Shown one piece after another: positions 1 through 13,596 of a stretch of 64,000 nucleotides of DNA. The notes under the pieces were generated by a model. That model had not been told where the DNA came from and ran no database searches. It saw nothing but the letters and a program-made list of their open reading frames with translations. The position numbers were made by a program, and so were the translations under genes. Source of the stretch: Bugula neritina (Eukaryota; Animalia; Bryozoa); assembly GCA_964035545.1 (NCBI GenBank), contig OZ037765.1:21823504-21887503 (forward strand). The letters are read 5' to 3'. The first letter of the stretch is position 1, and every line of letters begins with the position of its first letter.

Positions 1-243
1 TACAACATACTTGTAACAATGTTTTTTAAACTAGAAGAAAAAATATCAAAATTGCTCAAAGCATCAGAAATAACTTCCCGGGACAATACACTAGTATAGG
101 GTGAAATAAAAACTGACTAAATTTCGAAGTAGATGACATGAAACACAAACACTGTCAAATTAAATATTAACTAACTGCAATAAACATTAAACACAGCATC
201 AAGAATAATGCCCATCAGCAAACAAAGAAATTGAGTGACATAC

Positions 244-2379
244 TGGTTTTCTTAGGAGAGACAGGGGTTGGAGTTTCTATTCGAGGTGATTTGAAAGCGG
301 GTCTGGGAAGAGAAGTTTGACTGAGAGCTTCTTCGGCAGCTGCATGCTGTGCCCTTTTGATACTGCTGCCAACTGCTAAGTAACTCTCCGAACCGAAATC
401 AAGTCTTATGTGAAACTCTTTCTTGTGTGCTGGTCCCTTCTCATCAACCAGCACATATTTATGAGCTAGCTAAAATAATTGTGTATATCTAATAGGCATT
501 GCATCTATATGAATGTATTAGGTATCAAGTTAATATAGCTACCAATATTAATTCATTCCATCAACTCAAACAACAAATTTTAGTAAAACAGAAAATAGTT
601 TGATTCGTTCATACGGAACTCTACATACTAATGTCATGAACCCGTGAACATTGAATTATTTTGAGGATGCGAATAAACTACACTTAAAATATAAAGCATT
701 TTATGATATCAGAAGAAAATGGTAATAGAATAACTCTAAAATGTATACCTTGTTAAACCGAGCGAGCTCATTAATTTGACACATTGGGGTTTTCTCTTTT
801 GTGTTTGCCTTACTTTGGAGATTGTCTGACTGACCATTGCCATTGATGGAGAGTTTTCTCATCTCTGATGTTACGTGCAGAATCCCTCGCTGCTGTTTAC
901 GGGATGTTTCTAGATCAGCGGAAACAGCAGCCGGAGTTGCCTGCACTCCAACATCAGCACTAGTACATGATGACGTATCTACACAACACAACTATTGTTA
1001 TCTGTGCTATTCTAGCCTAGTCACCACACTGTATTTTAAGTGTGAAGTATAGTTTATCAGTTGCCTAAAACGTGGTAATTATTATATTGTAGACTAATCT
1101 AGTAAAACATAAACAAGCTGGTAGTTAAATGTACATGAGCTTTTAAATAATTGTTACAAGATTTTTTACATCATAGATTTGTGACGACTATTATTAAACA
1201 CTGTATAGGCTCAAAAATCATTAAACCCAGTAACACTGGTGTAAACTTTGCATTATTTATTTAATTTATCAACTATATTTGACATAGAAATACTGGGTTT
1301 GTAGTGAAAAATGGAGGAATCACTTTTGGTAGTCAAAAGTTAGATGACTCTCTATTCACTGCATATGAAGCTGTTTCTTTTCAAGTGTTCTACCGATAAT
1401 AGTTTTTACTAATCACTTTCTCCACTAGATTAAATGGTCATAAAAAGGTTGGTAAGCTGATGAGTTAATGAAAAATAAAATAAATTTCAATGGGTAGACA
1501 ACTTCAAAGCTATGTTTGAGTTATAGTTAATATATTTCAGCAGATTTCACTGTAATTTTTCAATCCTACTTTAATGTCTGTCTGTCCACACTTATGCATT
1601 TTCCTATACAAGGTTGCATATTAAAGCCAGTTGCTATGGTATTGGAACCAAACACACTTTTAGAAAATGGCAACCTTAGACATGAGCATTATGCAGTGCT
1701 TAAATTTGTGCTGGCATTAAACACATGGGAGGTTTTAGCAAATTGATTTCACATTGAGTTTTGGAAAAAAATTCATTCATTCGAAAATTTTCATCCCATT
1801 TAAGCTGTGCAACCAACTACAGTACGTCTGCTTTAGAAAATATTTTTTTAGGCAAAAGTTGGAGTGTATGCAAAACTGAATCACATTTGATATGTCATCA
1901 CGGTACTTAACAGTAGCCATGTTTCTGCAGAGTTGTCAGGTGAGAGAAAAAATTTAGGATTTTCAACCAAACAAAAAGCATCTTTGGTGTACAAATATAA
2001 ATGAAGAAAATATGCAAGGGAATTTCGGTTTAAAGGGATTTTGACATACAAAACTTTAGATTTAATCAATTCATGTTAGTAACACTAAACATGTACATTT
2101 TGTAAAATAATAAAAAGGAAGAACTATTAATTAACACAGGCTTATAGAAAATATTTTTTAAAAATGCCCACCAATAATAACTGTTCTAGCAGTTGGATTC
2201 TGAACACCGGAAACACTACTTTCAGAGTTAGTATTTCCTGGCATTGATGACCCGACAGAACTATTTGAAAGTGTATTGATTGTTACGTCGGAGTCATTCT
2301 CCAATTTCACAGCAGAAGAATGTAAAGGAGATTTGCCACCAAGTCGCAAGTTTGAATGCTTGAACTTTGAACCCGACAT
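244..2379 (-). CDS. STAU: Staufen dsRNA-binding protein, 5' part; inferred coding exons 2171-2379, 749-978, 244-469; gene continues past the left edge
   Basis: Spliced translation gives KEKTPMCQINELARFNK|LAHKYVLVDEKGPAHKKEFHIRLDFGSESYLAVGSSIKRAQHAAAEEAL, a Staufen-type first dsRBD. GT-AG sites have compatible phases. The first coding exon is less certain. Confidence 0.9.
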
Positions 2380-4199
2380 CCTTTATTTCATCTACAATAC
2401 AAACAATTCATCACACAACAAATCATCTAGTTGCTGCATTATGAAAAAATATAGAACTGTTGAAAGGCAGACATTTACAGCATATTTTATTAAAATGAAC
2501 TAATTACACTGAAACATGACTTATAAGGATCTTTTAATTTTTGAAGCAGTATCAATGAAAGTTTATGTGACAGACAAACTAGTAAATAGACAAGCACTTT
2601 AAATTGTTTTATAGCCATTAATAAATATATTATTCACAGACAGGGTTGAGTATTTGTAAAATGAATAGCATTGTGTTTTATATTTTAACAATAACTTAGC
2701 AACTTTGATCAGAGCACGTTTTATGCAATTTAGTGAAAAGTAAAATCTATTCTTGTTGCTTTTAAAAATTAGCTTAAAATGAAGGATTGCATTATAATTA
2801 GATGACCAAGATTTTAACTCTTGCCAAGTGAGTCATAAAATGAGCCTTTGCTGGGCTGCAAGGAGTCACCTCCCTTAAGCATTGCTATCTAGTTTAGAAA
2901 ATTGCATATTTATTTTTGTATTCCAATTTAAAAGTTGAATTTCACATTTTACATAACAGTAAAAAGAAAAAATCTTTTGGATCATAAGAATTATTTGTAT
3001 ATCTATTATGTACGAATATTAACAATAATATTATTATATGTATACTATAATATAAATACATACTTCCACAGTTATAATAAAATATCATGTTGATTTCTGA
3101 TTATAATATACTTATAGAATAGTACTAATACGTACGAAGTATAATAATAATATAAACGTAAAAGTGGTAATTGTAACTTTAATGTGAAGTAAAGATTTAC
3201 ACTTACATAAATGTAACATTATTATTGTGATTATAGTCATCATATCAATATTCTCAGTGATAATGATATTCTAATATAACAATTTAGTGCAATAATTTAT
3301 AATTATTGAACCTAATATAACTTTTATAACTATCAATTATGATATTTACATTTATTTTCAACTTTATACTATCATAAATAAATCATAAAATAAATAATAT
3401 TACCTAAAAATAATATTAATTTAATATCTCCTGCTAAAATTGAACTGCAGTTGAGGCCAATTTGCAAATTACAAGCTACTGTAGCAGCCTGTTGATACAA
3501 AATAAGGAGCTGTGAGATTTCAGAACAACAGCAATGCTATACACAAACGGTCAGCTGAATGGGAAATTTACCTTTCAAAAAAATAAAGACAAAGTTATAG
3601 CATTTGTCGATCATAAGTACAGACCCCTATATAAGCTAGCAGAAGTTAAGATGAAATGGGTCAACACAGCAACATACCTAGACGTGATAATCAGCATTTT
3701 GAACTAGAAAAATAAACTTCAAAAATTCTTGGAGCAATTTAACACATTTTGCATATTATTTATATACTTAAAGTCAATCATTAAATTTAATGATAATTAT
3801 AATAATGATAATCCAAATCTTTATCTTTATTAATACTAATAGTAATAATACTAATAGTACTACTACTAGACTTAGACTACTAGTACTAGTAGTAGTAGTA
3901 ATTGTAAATGTGATACTAATAGTAATGCTCACAGTAACAGTAGGTGTAACACTAACAGTGACACTATTACTATAACTATTACCATTACTATTAGTATTAG
4001 TATTAAATAATTACAGCAATGCCAATAGTATTAGTATTGCTATTACATTTACTTGGTCTTAACTATAAGTTAAAGTATAAGACTCTTATACTTTAACTTA
4101 CAATATTAATTAAATTTATTTTTAATATCATAATGATTGATAATGATAATCATTGAATTTGATCAATTTGAATTATTAAATTTATTCTTAATCTTGATA

Positions 4200-4583
4200 A
4201 ATATAATTATAATACTCTTACCAGCTTTATATAAAGTTTGGCAAACAGTAAAGAAATTGCAGGGTGGATATGTCTATATTGCCATATCAACCCAGCACCC
4301 AAAGTATTCATTACTCCATAACAATGCACAGAGTCAACTACTACTAGTCAACTTACAGCTTACAGAGTGAGAGTCGAAGTGCCACAAAATCTCATCATAA
4401 TGGCAGGAAATAGAAAAAATACAGCAACGTATAGCCTTAGGTCTAACATTTTCTTACGGCGGCTGAATAACACAAACAATGTTTGATCATTGTGATCGTC
4501 TATTTTATCAGAAGACATCACTGGATATATGAGCATCTCCGACTGAATCAATTGGGGATGTTCGGTTTATAAAGAAAATTACA
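4200..4583. promoter_or_regulatory. Probable bidirectional promoter/5'UTR region between staufen (-) and RNPS1 (+)
   Basis: Divergent gene orientation; a minus-strand GTAAG donor at about 4220; locally more CpG-containing DNA; RNPS1 ATG at 4584. No TSS evidence. Confidence 0.45.
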
Positions 4584-7500
4584 ATGGCAGCGTAAGTTTA
4601 AAAAAAAAGTTATATCCAAACCAATCTAGGCTTTTGTTTTTTATTATCATAATTCTGAGATGTTTTCAGTAAACTCTGCATTCTATTTGTGTAGACGCTA
4701 TCAGTGTTAGTTTTGAAATAATATTCAGGACGCTGATATTCTTGTGTAGAGTTAGCCTTTGCCTTAGTCTTTTTGTTATTGTAATACTAATAGTAATAGT
4801 AATACTTAGTCTTATGGACATAGTGTTACTATTACTCTATTGGTTATATTATTATATAACCAATGGAGTAATTTAAAATTACTATTAGTTCAAATTCAAT
4901 AGTTGGCCATGTGTAGCCGTTGTGTGAGTAAATTTCAATTTATAAACAATAATTATAATTATTTTATAAATGGTAAAACTAAAACTCAATTAAACATTAC
5001 CGCAGTTCTCTAATTGAAATTACATGGTGTTTATTAATATTAGTATAAGTATTACTATTATACTTATTATCAGTATGATTTGGATTATTTATTTAGTTGT
5101 TGTCAATTTCATCATCACTTTTGATAAGCTTAGTGATAGTGACCTGTGATGGTGCCCCTTTCCAAATAAAACGAACAAAATTACTAATAGTAGTACAACT
5201 ACAACTATTATTTTATCTACTTCTAGGACTAATAACTAAGTCTAATAATTATAATACTACTTACACCAGAAATTCTCAGAAATCACAGTTGATGTTAATC
5301 TATAATAGGTCATAATTTTGTAGCTGTACATACCTACACTATAAGTCAAGTTTTATAATGTATGATATTAAATTTATTATTCGATTTTGAGTTGGTAACA
5401 GCCCTGGCTATCCATATCACAGCTCAGGCTTGAAAGTCAATTAATTAGTAAGTAGTTTGCTGAAAAACTGTGATATTATATTAGTTTAGTTCTTACAGTT
5501 ATATCGCCTGTAATAATCATAAATACTCATGTTGAAACAGAATTATGTGTTATGATAATTAAAAACCTCTTTGATTAAGTTAAAATTTCAAACTCGGGAA
5601 TAGATTTTAAAATTTCATTTATTCAGTATTCTAAAATCTTGCAGCTGGTCGAGTAAGAATGTAATGTCAGTTTTTGTGCAAGTTTCGATTTTAGCAAGTT
5701 GACTTAGGTTTATTACAAAAAGTCTTGAACATGACAATGCACTAGCATTTGTTTTGCAAACACTTATAGATTCTGATAACCAATTTAGGAAACGTTCAGA
5801 AAGTAAAAGTCCAGTTAGAACAACTAAAAGACAGTCCAGAGGTAGATCACCTGTAAAGAAAAAAACTCGAAAATCCTCAAGAGGCTCATCATCCGGAAGT
5901 TCTTCTGGTGGGAGTAATTCTGGAAGTAGTTCTTCTGCTTCTAGTCGTTCCGGCTCTTCATCTAGCAGCTCTTCTGGTTCAAGTTCTTCAAGAAGTCGGA
6001 GTCGATCAGAAAAACGCGGCGGTGCAAAATCTGCCCCCAAAAATAAAAAGTTGGTGTTTTCATCTTTAAAAAATTTCAAGTTGTAGACTTGCATTTGAAG
6101 TTGGTATTTGTTTTAGATAACTAGAATGAATGGTTACTGTAAATTTTATGGTTTTTAATATTTTAATATTTTTTATGTTTAGAAAACCTAAATCCGTAAG
6201 TAAATCCCGTTCACGCTCACCCAAAAAGCGTAGGCGTACACCATCTCCTCTGAAAGCTACAAAGATTCATATAGGAAAGCTCACTCGTAATGTCACCAAA
6301 GACCATATTCAAGAGATCTTTTCCGTATATGGCAATGTAAGTAAACCAATACAAACTAACACTGCTGTAGTTTAATCAAATCTCTTCAGCCTGGCGGAAT
6401 AAATTTAGAGAATTGTAATTGTGGTAGCAGAAATTTCTCTTACTTTTGAAATGTATTAATAATTTCAATTGCACTTTAAATATCTGGTCTGGTTACAAAG
6501 ATGAGCATCTGTCTGTAGTCGTATTATCTATCTTTTATAGTGATCAAACAGTGTTTGATCCTCATGTACTCATTAGACACTGGATAACCGAAATGAACCA
6601 CTTTACTTAGAAACCCTAAAAAACTTGTATTTATAGAAAAATATATCGAAGAGTTTTAGTTTTTTCCTCTATTTTGTTTCTCATTCACTTCACAATGTTT
6701 AAATTTTAATTTCCCCTACACATAATTTCATAGTGTCAGTTATTTGATATTTCTTCTCCATGTGACCAGACCTTCAATATTGTTTAGTAATTTTCCCAAA
6801 CTTGGCCTGTTTATAAATATCAGCTTTTGTCAACCAGCCAACAGTTGGGTTTCAATATTTTAAATCAAAGTTTATTACACACGTAATTAGAGCTAAATAA
6901 GTAGTTAGGAGTTGTCTTTCTTTCTAACTGCAAACAACTTCAGATTAAGTTATAATCTTTGACTGTATACCCACTACTGGCTCTCAGGTCAAGCTTACTG
7001 AGCTGCCCATGGAGAGAAAAATGAATATTCCAACAGGACATGCCTATGTAGAGTTTACGGATTCTGAGAGTGCAACAAAGGCTGAGAAGTACATGAATGG
7101 AGGTATTGATTCATTACTTAGCTTACTCACAACTTTGTCATATAAACTATTGGCACTTATTTCATTCTTTCTTTTGTTTTCAGCTTTCAAACAGTTGATA
7201 ATTGGAGAAATGGTCACTTGAGAAAATGATCAAACGTTTCATATTTATGTATCCAAATTCTTCTTTTCTCACTCATTTTATAACATGTTCATGTGTTGAT
7301 GCAGGACAAATTGATGGACAAGAGATAGTAGTGCGGTGTGTTTTGCCTCAACGAAGACGCAGTCCACCCAGGATGATGCGAGGACCACCTCGGGGGCCAT
7401 GGATGAGGGGGCGGTCTCCACCTCGATTTAGAGGGAGAAGGTAATGTGCTGTAGTCTCATTAGCTTATTCCTGCTTCACCAAAAATGAGCATTAGTTATG

Positions 7501-7926
7501 TTTTAAGTTTTACTCTTTGATTCTAAACAAATATATGTAGTGCAGTGACTCTTTAAGCCAATATTAAATTGTACAGTTATACTTAAATTGTCTGATGGTA
7601 TTTTCTGTTAGTATAAATTACTTTTGCATGCATTTTCTATAATCGAATATTACTATTATGATGATTGGTACATTTAATACACGATTACTCCTTCATATTG
7701 TAATGTTAGTTTGGTTCACTTGTTCAGATCTCCCATGAGATCACCTCCGAAAAGGAGAAGCCCGCTCAGACGCAGTCCTCTTCGCCGTAGTCCTGTTCGA
7801 AGAAGAAGTAGGTCAAGGTCAGGTGGAAGAAGATCAAAGTCACCAGCTGGGCGAAAGTCAAGGTCACCTCGAAGAAGTCCTCCGATTAGACGAAAGAGAA
7901 GCAACACCCGAAGCTCTTCGCGTTAA
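4584..7926 (+). CDS. RNPS1: RNA-binding protein with serine-rich domain 1; exons about 4584-4591, 5790-6049, 6183-6336, 6988-7102, 7304-7440, 7728-7926
   Basis: Ser-rich domain, RRM (TKIHIGKLTRNVTKDHIQEIFSVYG...GHAYVEF...MNGGQIDGQEI) and RS/P-rich C-terminus. ATGGCAGC|GTAAGT splices in phase to TTTAG|GAAACG. Confidence 0.95.
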
Positions 7927-9375
7927 TTTGTCTATCAATTAAAAGCTGGTGTATGTTGTATATATCTGGTAAAGTGACCGTAACTGTAGTTAAAATATGC
8001 CTTTCTTGTAAATATGATTTATAGTTTGAGTGGTATTGATATTCTTTCTTTATAATTTATCCCTTCATATAATGTAATTAATGCTGACTAAAATTAATAC
8101 AGTTTTAAATTTTCTAAATGTCTTGTTGGAGATGTTTTAACTACAAAACTACAGATAGGCTAGAGTCAAATTCTATATATTCAATAAGGCTGTACAATCC
8201 CATGTTACCTTAAAAAATACTGGCAAATGGCAATCATTCTTGCAGGTGAAATTATTAGATTTAGGTAGTTGTCTTGCATTGTACTAACCATAACTTTATA
8301 ACTCTTCTTGGGTCTGAATCTGCCAGTTAACTACATATTTAAGTATCCTGGTCAAGATGTCAGTTATTCTGATTCAACTAATGAAAAATTATTCGTCTGT
8401 TGACTGCCATTGTTAAAAAGTTTCAGTAACTTTGTTCTTGCAAAGACCGTAACATTGCAGCTATATTGCGTTTGAGCTATATATATTACTTCTTTGCTCT
8501 GTCGAGAAGCATGAGTTTCAATGTATAGTAAAAAAGATGTGCAAGGAGAAATCACATTCAGCTATACATAACATAACAATAATTATGCTCTAAATTGTAC
8601 CACTGATGAAGTAGGGATCGGTGTACAACCTAATCTACAAAAAAGAACTTGAAATAATTATGGCTTTATTAATTATTTGACAAATTTTCGTTATGTGAAA
8701 ACTGCTGCCCTCATTTCGACTAGAATCGTGTTTTCTATAATGACAAGGTATGGGTGTTAGGAAACAAGTCTTGAGCCCACTTTAAAATCATTATCACAAG
8801 GGTTTCTCACTGGGTTGGAAACTTCAAAAGCCGACAATATTTTATTGTTATATTAGATGCTTAATACTGGGTTATTGTAAAAGCACATAAACCTAGGTGT
8901 GTGGTACAGTGTCTCAATGCAGTACTTTTACCATAATATAATGACTGCAGATATAACCATAGCTCTAGGTATCTATGCAGTAATATAAAGTAATTTCGAA
9001 ATGATTCCTACACATTATTTTGTCTTTGAGCTAGAACTGAAAAAGACTTGATGAAGAATCACTCTTGGATAATTATACTAGTTCAAATGTTTGTCATTGC
9101 TAAATTACAGGATTTTATTGCACAGTTAATATATTCAACAAACTTGCATTTCAACACATTTTTGTTTGTCATGTATGGCTATTGCATTCCAGTACCCCTT
9201 TGCTATTTGTGATCATTATTAAATAGTTGTTCTTTTTACATTCATGCATGTACAGTCCTGTATTTATGAAAATACTTTAAATTTATTGGACCATAAAGTA
9301 TCATTTTATGATCAAATAAAAGTATTGATGCATGAATTACCAAATGGTTCAATATCACCTATTATTCTATATATA

Positions 9376-10728
9376 GGGGTAACGGGGGGGGGGGGGGGGC
9401 ACAACGGTCATAGGGGTACAAAAAGCCGGCCAAATTGTGAGAGAACTTATTGACTTGGAGTCGTGATTTTTTTTCATAAAAAGGTATTGACATAAATATT
9501 CAGCCATTGTAGTTTCAACACTTGCAGAACATACGTGTTCAAAAGGCGAGTGAAAAACTGTTTTTACCTACTCTTTGTAAAATTTTAAAGATGTCGTTAA
9601 AGCTTTATAACTTTTTACACTCAAAGGTAACAAGCCTAGATTTTACTGATATTGTTGCCATTGCTTGTCTCTACATTGCTTGTCTCTACATTGCTTAACT
9701 AGTATAACAGCAAACTCTAAAATAAATTTTCCTTGAGGCACATTTATGTTCAATTTGGCCACACGGGGCACAATGGGCCACGCTGACCGGGGCACAATGG
9801 GCAACCTGATTATTGTACCCTGATCACTGTTATTAGTTTGTTTGCCCAAAAAGTTGGTTGAAATGTTACTAAAATCTATAGATATAGCCATTTCTGACTT
9901 TTTTGTAAAATATCAAAGACATCATGGTAAGACTACAAAACTACAAGGTGAAGCTCTCCTAATATATACATCTGGTGAGGTTAAAGCTATGCTATTTTAT
10001 ACATAATACAGAACACTTTGCTGTTGCTACTAGTAAATAGTCATGATATTCATTATACATTATATCATTGAGGGAGTATACATGTATTTGACTAAAATAA
10101 ATTGTGATTTGCTCATTCGCTCCCCCCTCTCCCTTCCGTACTCCAGCCACAAACCGAAGCCATGCACCTTAGCTACAGTTCATAGAAAAAAGTCCACTCA
10201 AAATTTTGTAGCACATGTTACTAAAGTTTTTTTTCTGATAAAAGTTCCTCTGAAGTGTAAATAAAAAACATTTTTAGTTCTAAACAGTAATGATAATGGC
10301 ACCGTAGAACCGAGTGATGTGCGTTTGATTTTTCCTTCCCCTGCTATCCGTGGTGGCACAAACTGTACAGCTAAAACATGAATTTTGCTTTAGATCTGAG
10401 CGAATATTTTTATTTATTTGTAATATTATATAAATAAATAAAGATCAGATGCAACAAAATCTGCAAAGTTTCAATATATTTGTTGTGCCCCACCCAGTGG
10501 CCCATTGTACCCCGGTACCGGGGCACAATGGGCTGATTTTTTCGTCATGAAAATTTCATTATTCTGAAAGTTGTGAGAGAGATAGAAACAACAAATTGAT
10601 ACCTGTAATAGACAACAGATGCAGCATCAAGACTAGAGATTATTGAACTAGTAACTTGAAAAACAGACGAATGAGAGCAAAAAATGCAAAATTCGGCCCG
10701 TTGTGCCCCCCCCCCCCCCCGTTACCCC
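9376..10728. mobile_element. Non-autonomous DNA transposon with TA target-site duplication (Tc1/mariner-pogo-like)
   Basis: TIRs GGGGTAACG(n)CACAACGG ... CCGTTGTGC(n)GTTACCCC, flanked by TA at 9374-75 and 10729-30. Internal GGGGCACAATGGG repeats at about 9765-9802 and 10498-10533. No transposase ORF. Empty site in the paralogous unit at about 26610. Confidence 0.9.
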
Positions 10729-12862
10729 TACTGTTTGAGAGCAAATATTAACATATGAAAACTTATTGTGAACATATTGTCGAACGAAAATAAAATAATA
10801 AAATAATTTTATATATATTTAATTTTAATAATTTTTAATAGTTATAAACTTATTGAAATATGTGTATATATATATTTATATATTACTTGAATGCAAATAA
10901 ACTTTTCGCTTAATAATTGATTCAAGGGGAGACAATTAACAAGTTAGATATTATTTGATAATTCTGCTTTGAAATTAGTGTCTGCAATCCAATAGCTATA
11001 GAATAAAAAATATAGGAGTTATCTCCGCTCGACAAATGTTTATTAATGGTTTGGTTTGGCAATATTATTTGTGTATAAACAATATGTGTGGTTCTATGTG
11101 TATTGTGTAATGGTAGCACTCAGGTTATAAATTTCGTGAGACAAATTTAGGACCTGCCTCTCTGGAAATGAATAAAACTATGGATTTTGTATGCGTTTTA
11201 AAATATCTATTTGATAATAATATGGAAACAAAAATTATAAGACAAGAAAAATTATTATAATAACCAAACCCAAAAGAAATAAAACAAATATATATATGTA
11301 TATCCTAGCGACCCTTTGAAATCCCGCTGTGTATAATATACTGGCAACAAAAATTGATAAGCCTGTTAAACATAAATTTGGTGTAACTTAAAAGATCAAA
11401 CAATTTCAAGACAGTTTCCTCAAACTCAATAAATTCCCAATGTCAACAATATTCCTTCAAATGTAATTTATGCAACTTCAAAGTAAATTTTCAATTTAAT
11501 GATGGTTTCTCCAAGTACAAGTTATACAGTAATAAAACAAACAATAACAAAAATTAGTACATCACAAGAAAAATAAATCAAATTACTTACAATGGAACTT
11601 CTTAGTCCGAAATTGATTGGATTGAAATTCAATTAAATATTTGAGTTTCTAAATTATTTCGCACAAAACTAAATATACTATGACTCTTTTGATTATTAAC
11701 GGCTCTTCTGGTTGTTGATTGCTCCTCTTATCGTCGATAATCTATTGCTGCTTCTGAGCTGCCTTTTATAGTCGGGTTGTTTTGGATTTCTGAGGTATGG
11801 GCGATGAGTCTAACCAGGTAAGTTGCTGGTTGGTCCGCAGGTTCAAGTCCAACAATGTGCTAACTGCTACGTGAGGAATTGTTGGTGACACCATCCCGGT
11901 ATTGACCATATCAGGATCTCTAAGACTAATAAGTTATACCAGCATTAATTCTACCATAACTCATAGCCTGAAATATATGTTTTATAGCAAGAAAAAATAA
12001 TAATATGTATTAGTTGTTCACGTGTTGACTTTGTAGATATTAGATTTTATAAGTGAAGTAAACACCAGGTTATATCAAATCTGTATATAATTCATCAAGT
12101 ATATAATTAACGTTAAATGTCATCTATATGTTAATATGATTGAATAATCATATACGTCCCAGTTTTATTCATGTTTGTTTACCAATTAATGTTCATGTAA
12201 GATGAGGTTAAAATTACAAATCCCAACACGTGAACAAAACATGTATGTAAAATTATCCCTATACCACAATTACTTGTATAATACCATATTACTAAGCATA
12301 TTACATTTGCATTATTCAAAGCGCTGTAAATCATACGTTTAGTATATTAATGTTTGAAGCAATTTCCATGTAGTATCATGACGCTTAGCTCATTTGCGTA
12401 TTTCAATTTTAGCTGTATTCAAGTTTCAAGTCCATTGCTTTCAGAATATGTATTCCACATTCTTTCTTGAATTTTGTAGATATACAGTGTAGTCTACATA
12501 CCGTGACGGAATAGATATAATAATTTATAGTTACTTCAACCTGTCACAGCAGTCATCTCACTGAAAGTTTCAAGGAAGCAGGCAAGCCTCAGCACCAACG
12601 GCAACCATAATTCAGCAAGTTGGAATATCTTAAAGGTATAACTTGTGAAATACAGAAGTAAGAGTTAAGCATATGAAAAGGGAAGAAAGCCCTATACATC
12701 TACAATTATTTACTGTTTCAAGAATAGCATATTTTCCAAGAACTGACTTTCTAGGAACTAAATTATAGTTTACCACCACTATATCAGGTTACATTTACTT
12801 GGTAAATTATTTACCACTAATAGCCTACTCAAATTGTTGACTATACTATAATCACTACCAGC

Positions 12863-13360
12863 ATATTATTCTCTGTAAATGTATTACATCATTGTGCAGT
12901 ATCTACTCTGCATAACACAAAACACTATGCATTTCCAATCTGATAATATTATTCTCTGTAAATGTATTACATTATTGTGCAGTATCTACTCTGCATAACA
13001 CAAAACACTATGCATTTCCAATCTGATAATATTATTCTCTGTAAATGTATTACATTATTGTGCAGTATCTACTCTGCATAACACAAAACACTATGCATTT
13101 CCAATCTGATAATATTATTCTCTGTAAATGTATTACATTATTGCGCAGTATCTACTCTGCATAACACAAAACACTATGCATTTCCAATCTGATAATATTA
13201 TTCTCTGTAAATGTATTACATTATTGCGCAGTATCTACTCTGCATAACACAAAACACTATGCATTTCCAATCTGATAATATTATTCTCTGTAAATGTATT
13301 ACATTATTGTGCAGTATCTACTCTGCAAAAACACAAAACACTATGCATTTTCTGATCTGA
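12863..13360 (+). repeat. Minisatellite, 83-bp unit, about 6 near-identical copies
   Basis: Unit ATATTATTCTCTGTAAATGTATTACATTATTGTGCAGTATCTACTCTGCATAACACAAAACACTATGCATTTCCAATCTGATA starts at 12863, 12946, 13029 and so on. Confidence 0.97.
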
Positions 13361-13596
13361 CGATATGAAAGGAAAAATCGATTTCTAGATGCTCTATTGT
13401 GAACATATTATTGACAACTTGATACCCATTCTTTTATAAAAGCGTCTTTTATTGAATATTTAGAGGAATAAATGTCTTTATATTTTCCAAAAAAGGGACT
13501 TCCCCATATTCTAACTTCATATATAAGCTGTGGATATTTTACAACTCTTATCACTTGCAAGACCAGCTCTTGAAACTCAGATTTGGCTAACATAAA

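Noticed and set aside
3790-5315. Hydrophobic I/L/V/T-rich short ORFs (also 46442-46859)
   Set aside because: Artefacts of triplet-periodic low-complexity DNA.
5615-6094. 159-aa acidic/Leu-rich minus-strand ORF
   Set aside because: Antisense shadow of the Ser-rich RNPS1 exon.
12863-13360. Repeat-spacer array
   Set aside because: Whole 83-bp units are near-identical; it is a simple minisatellite.
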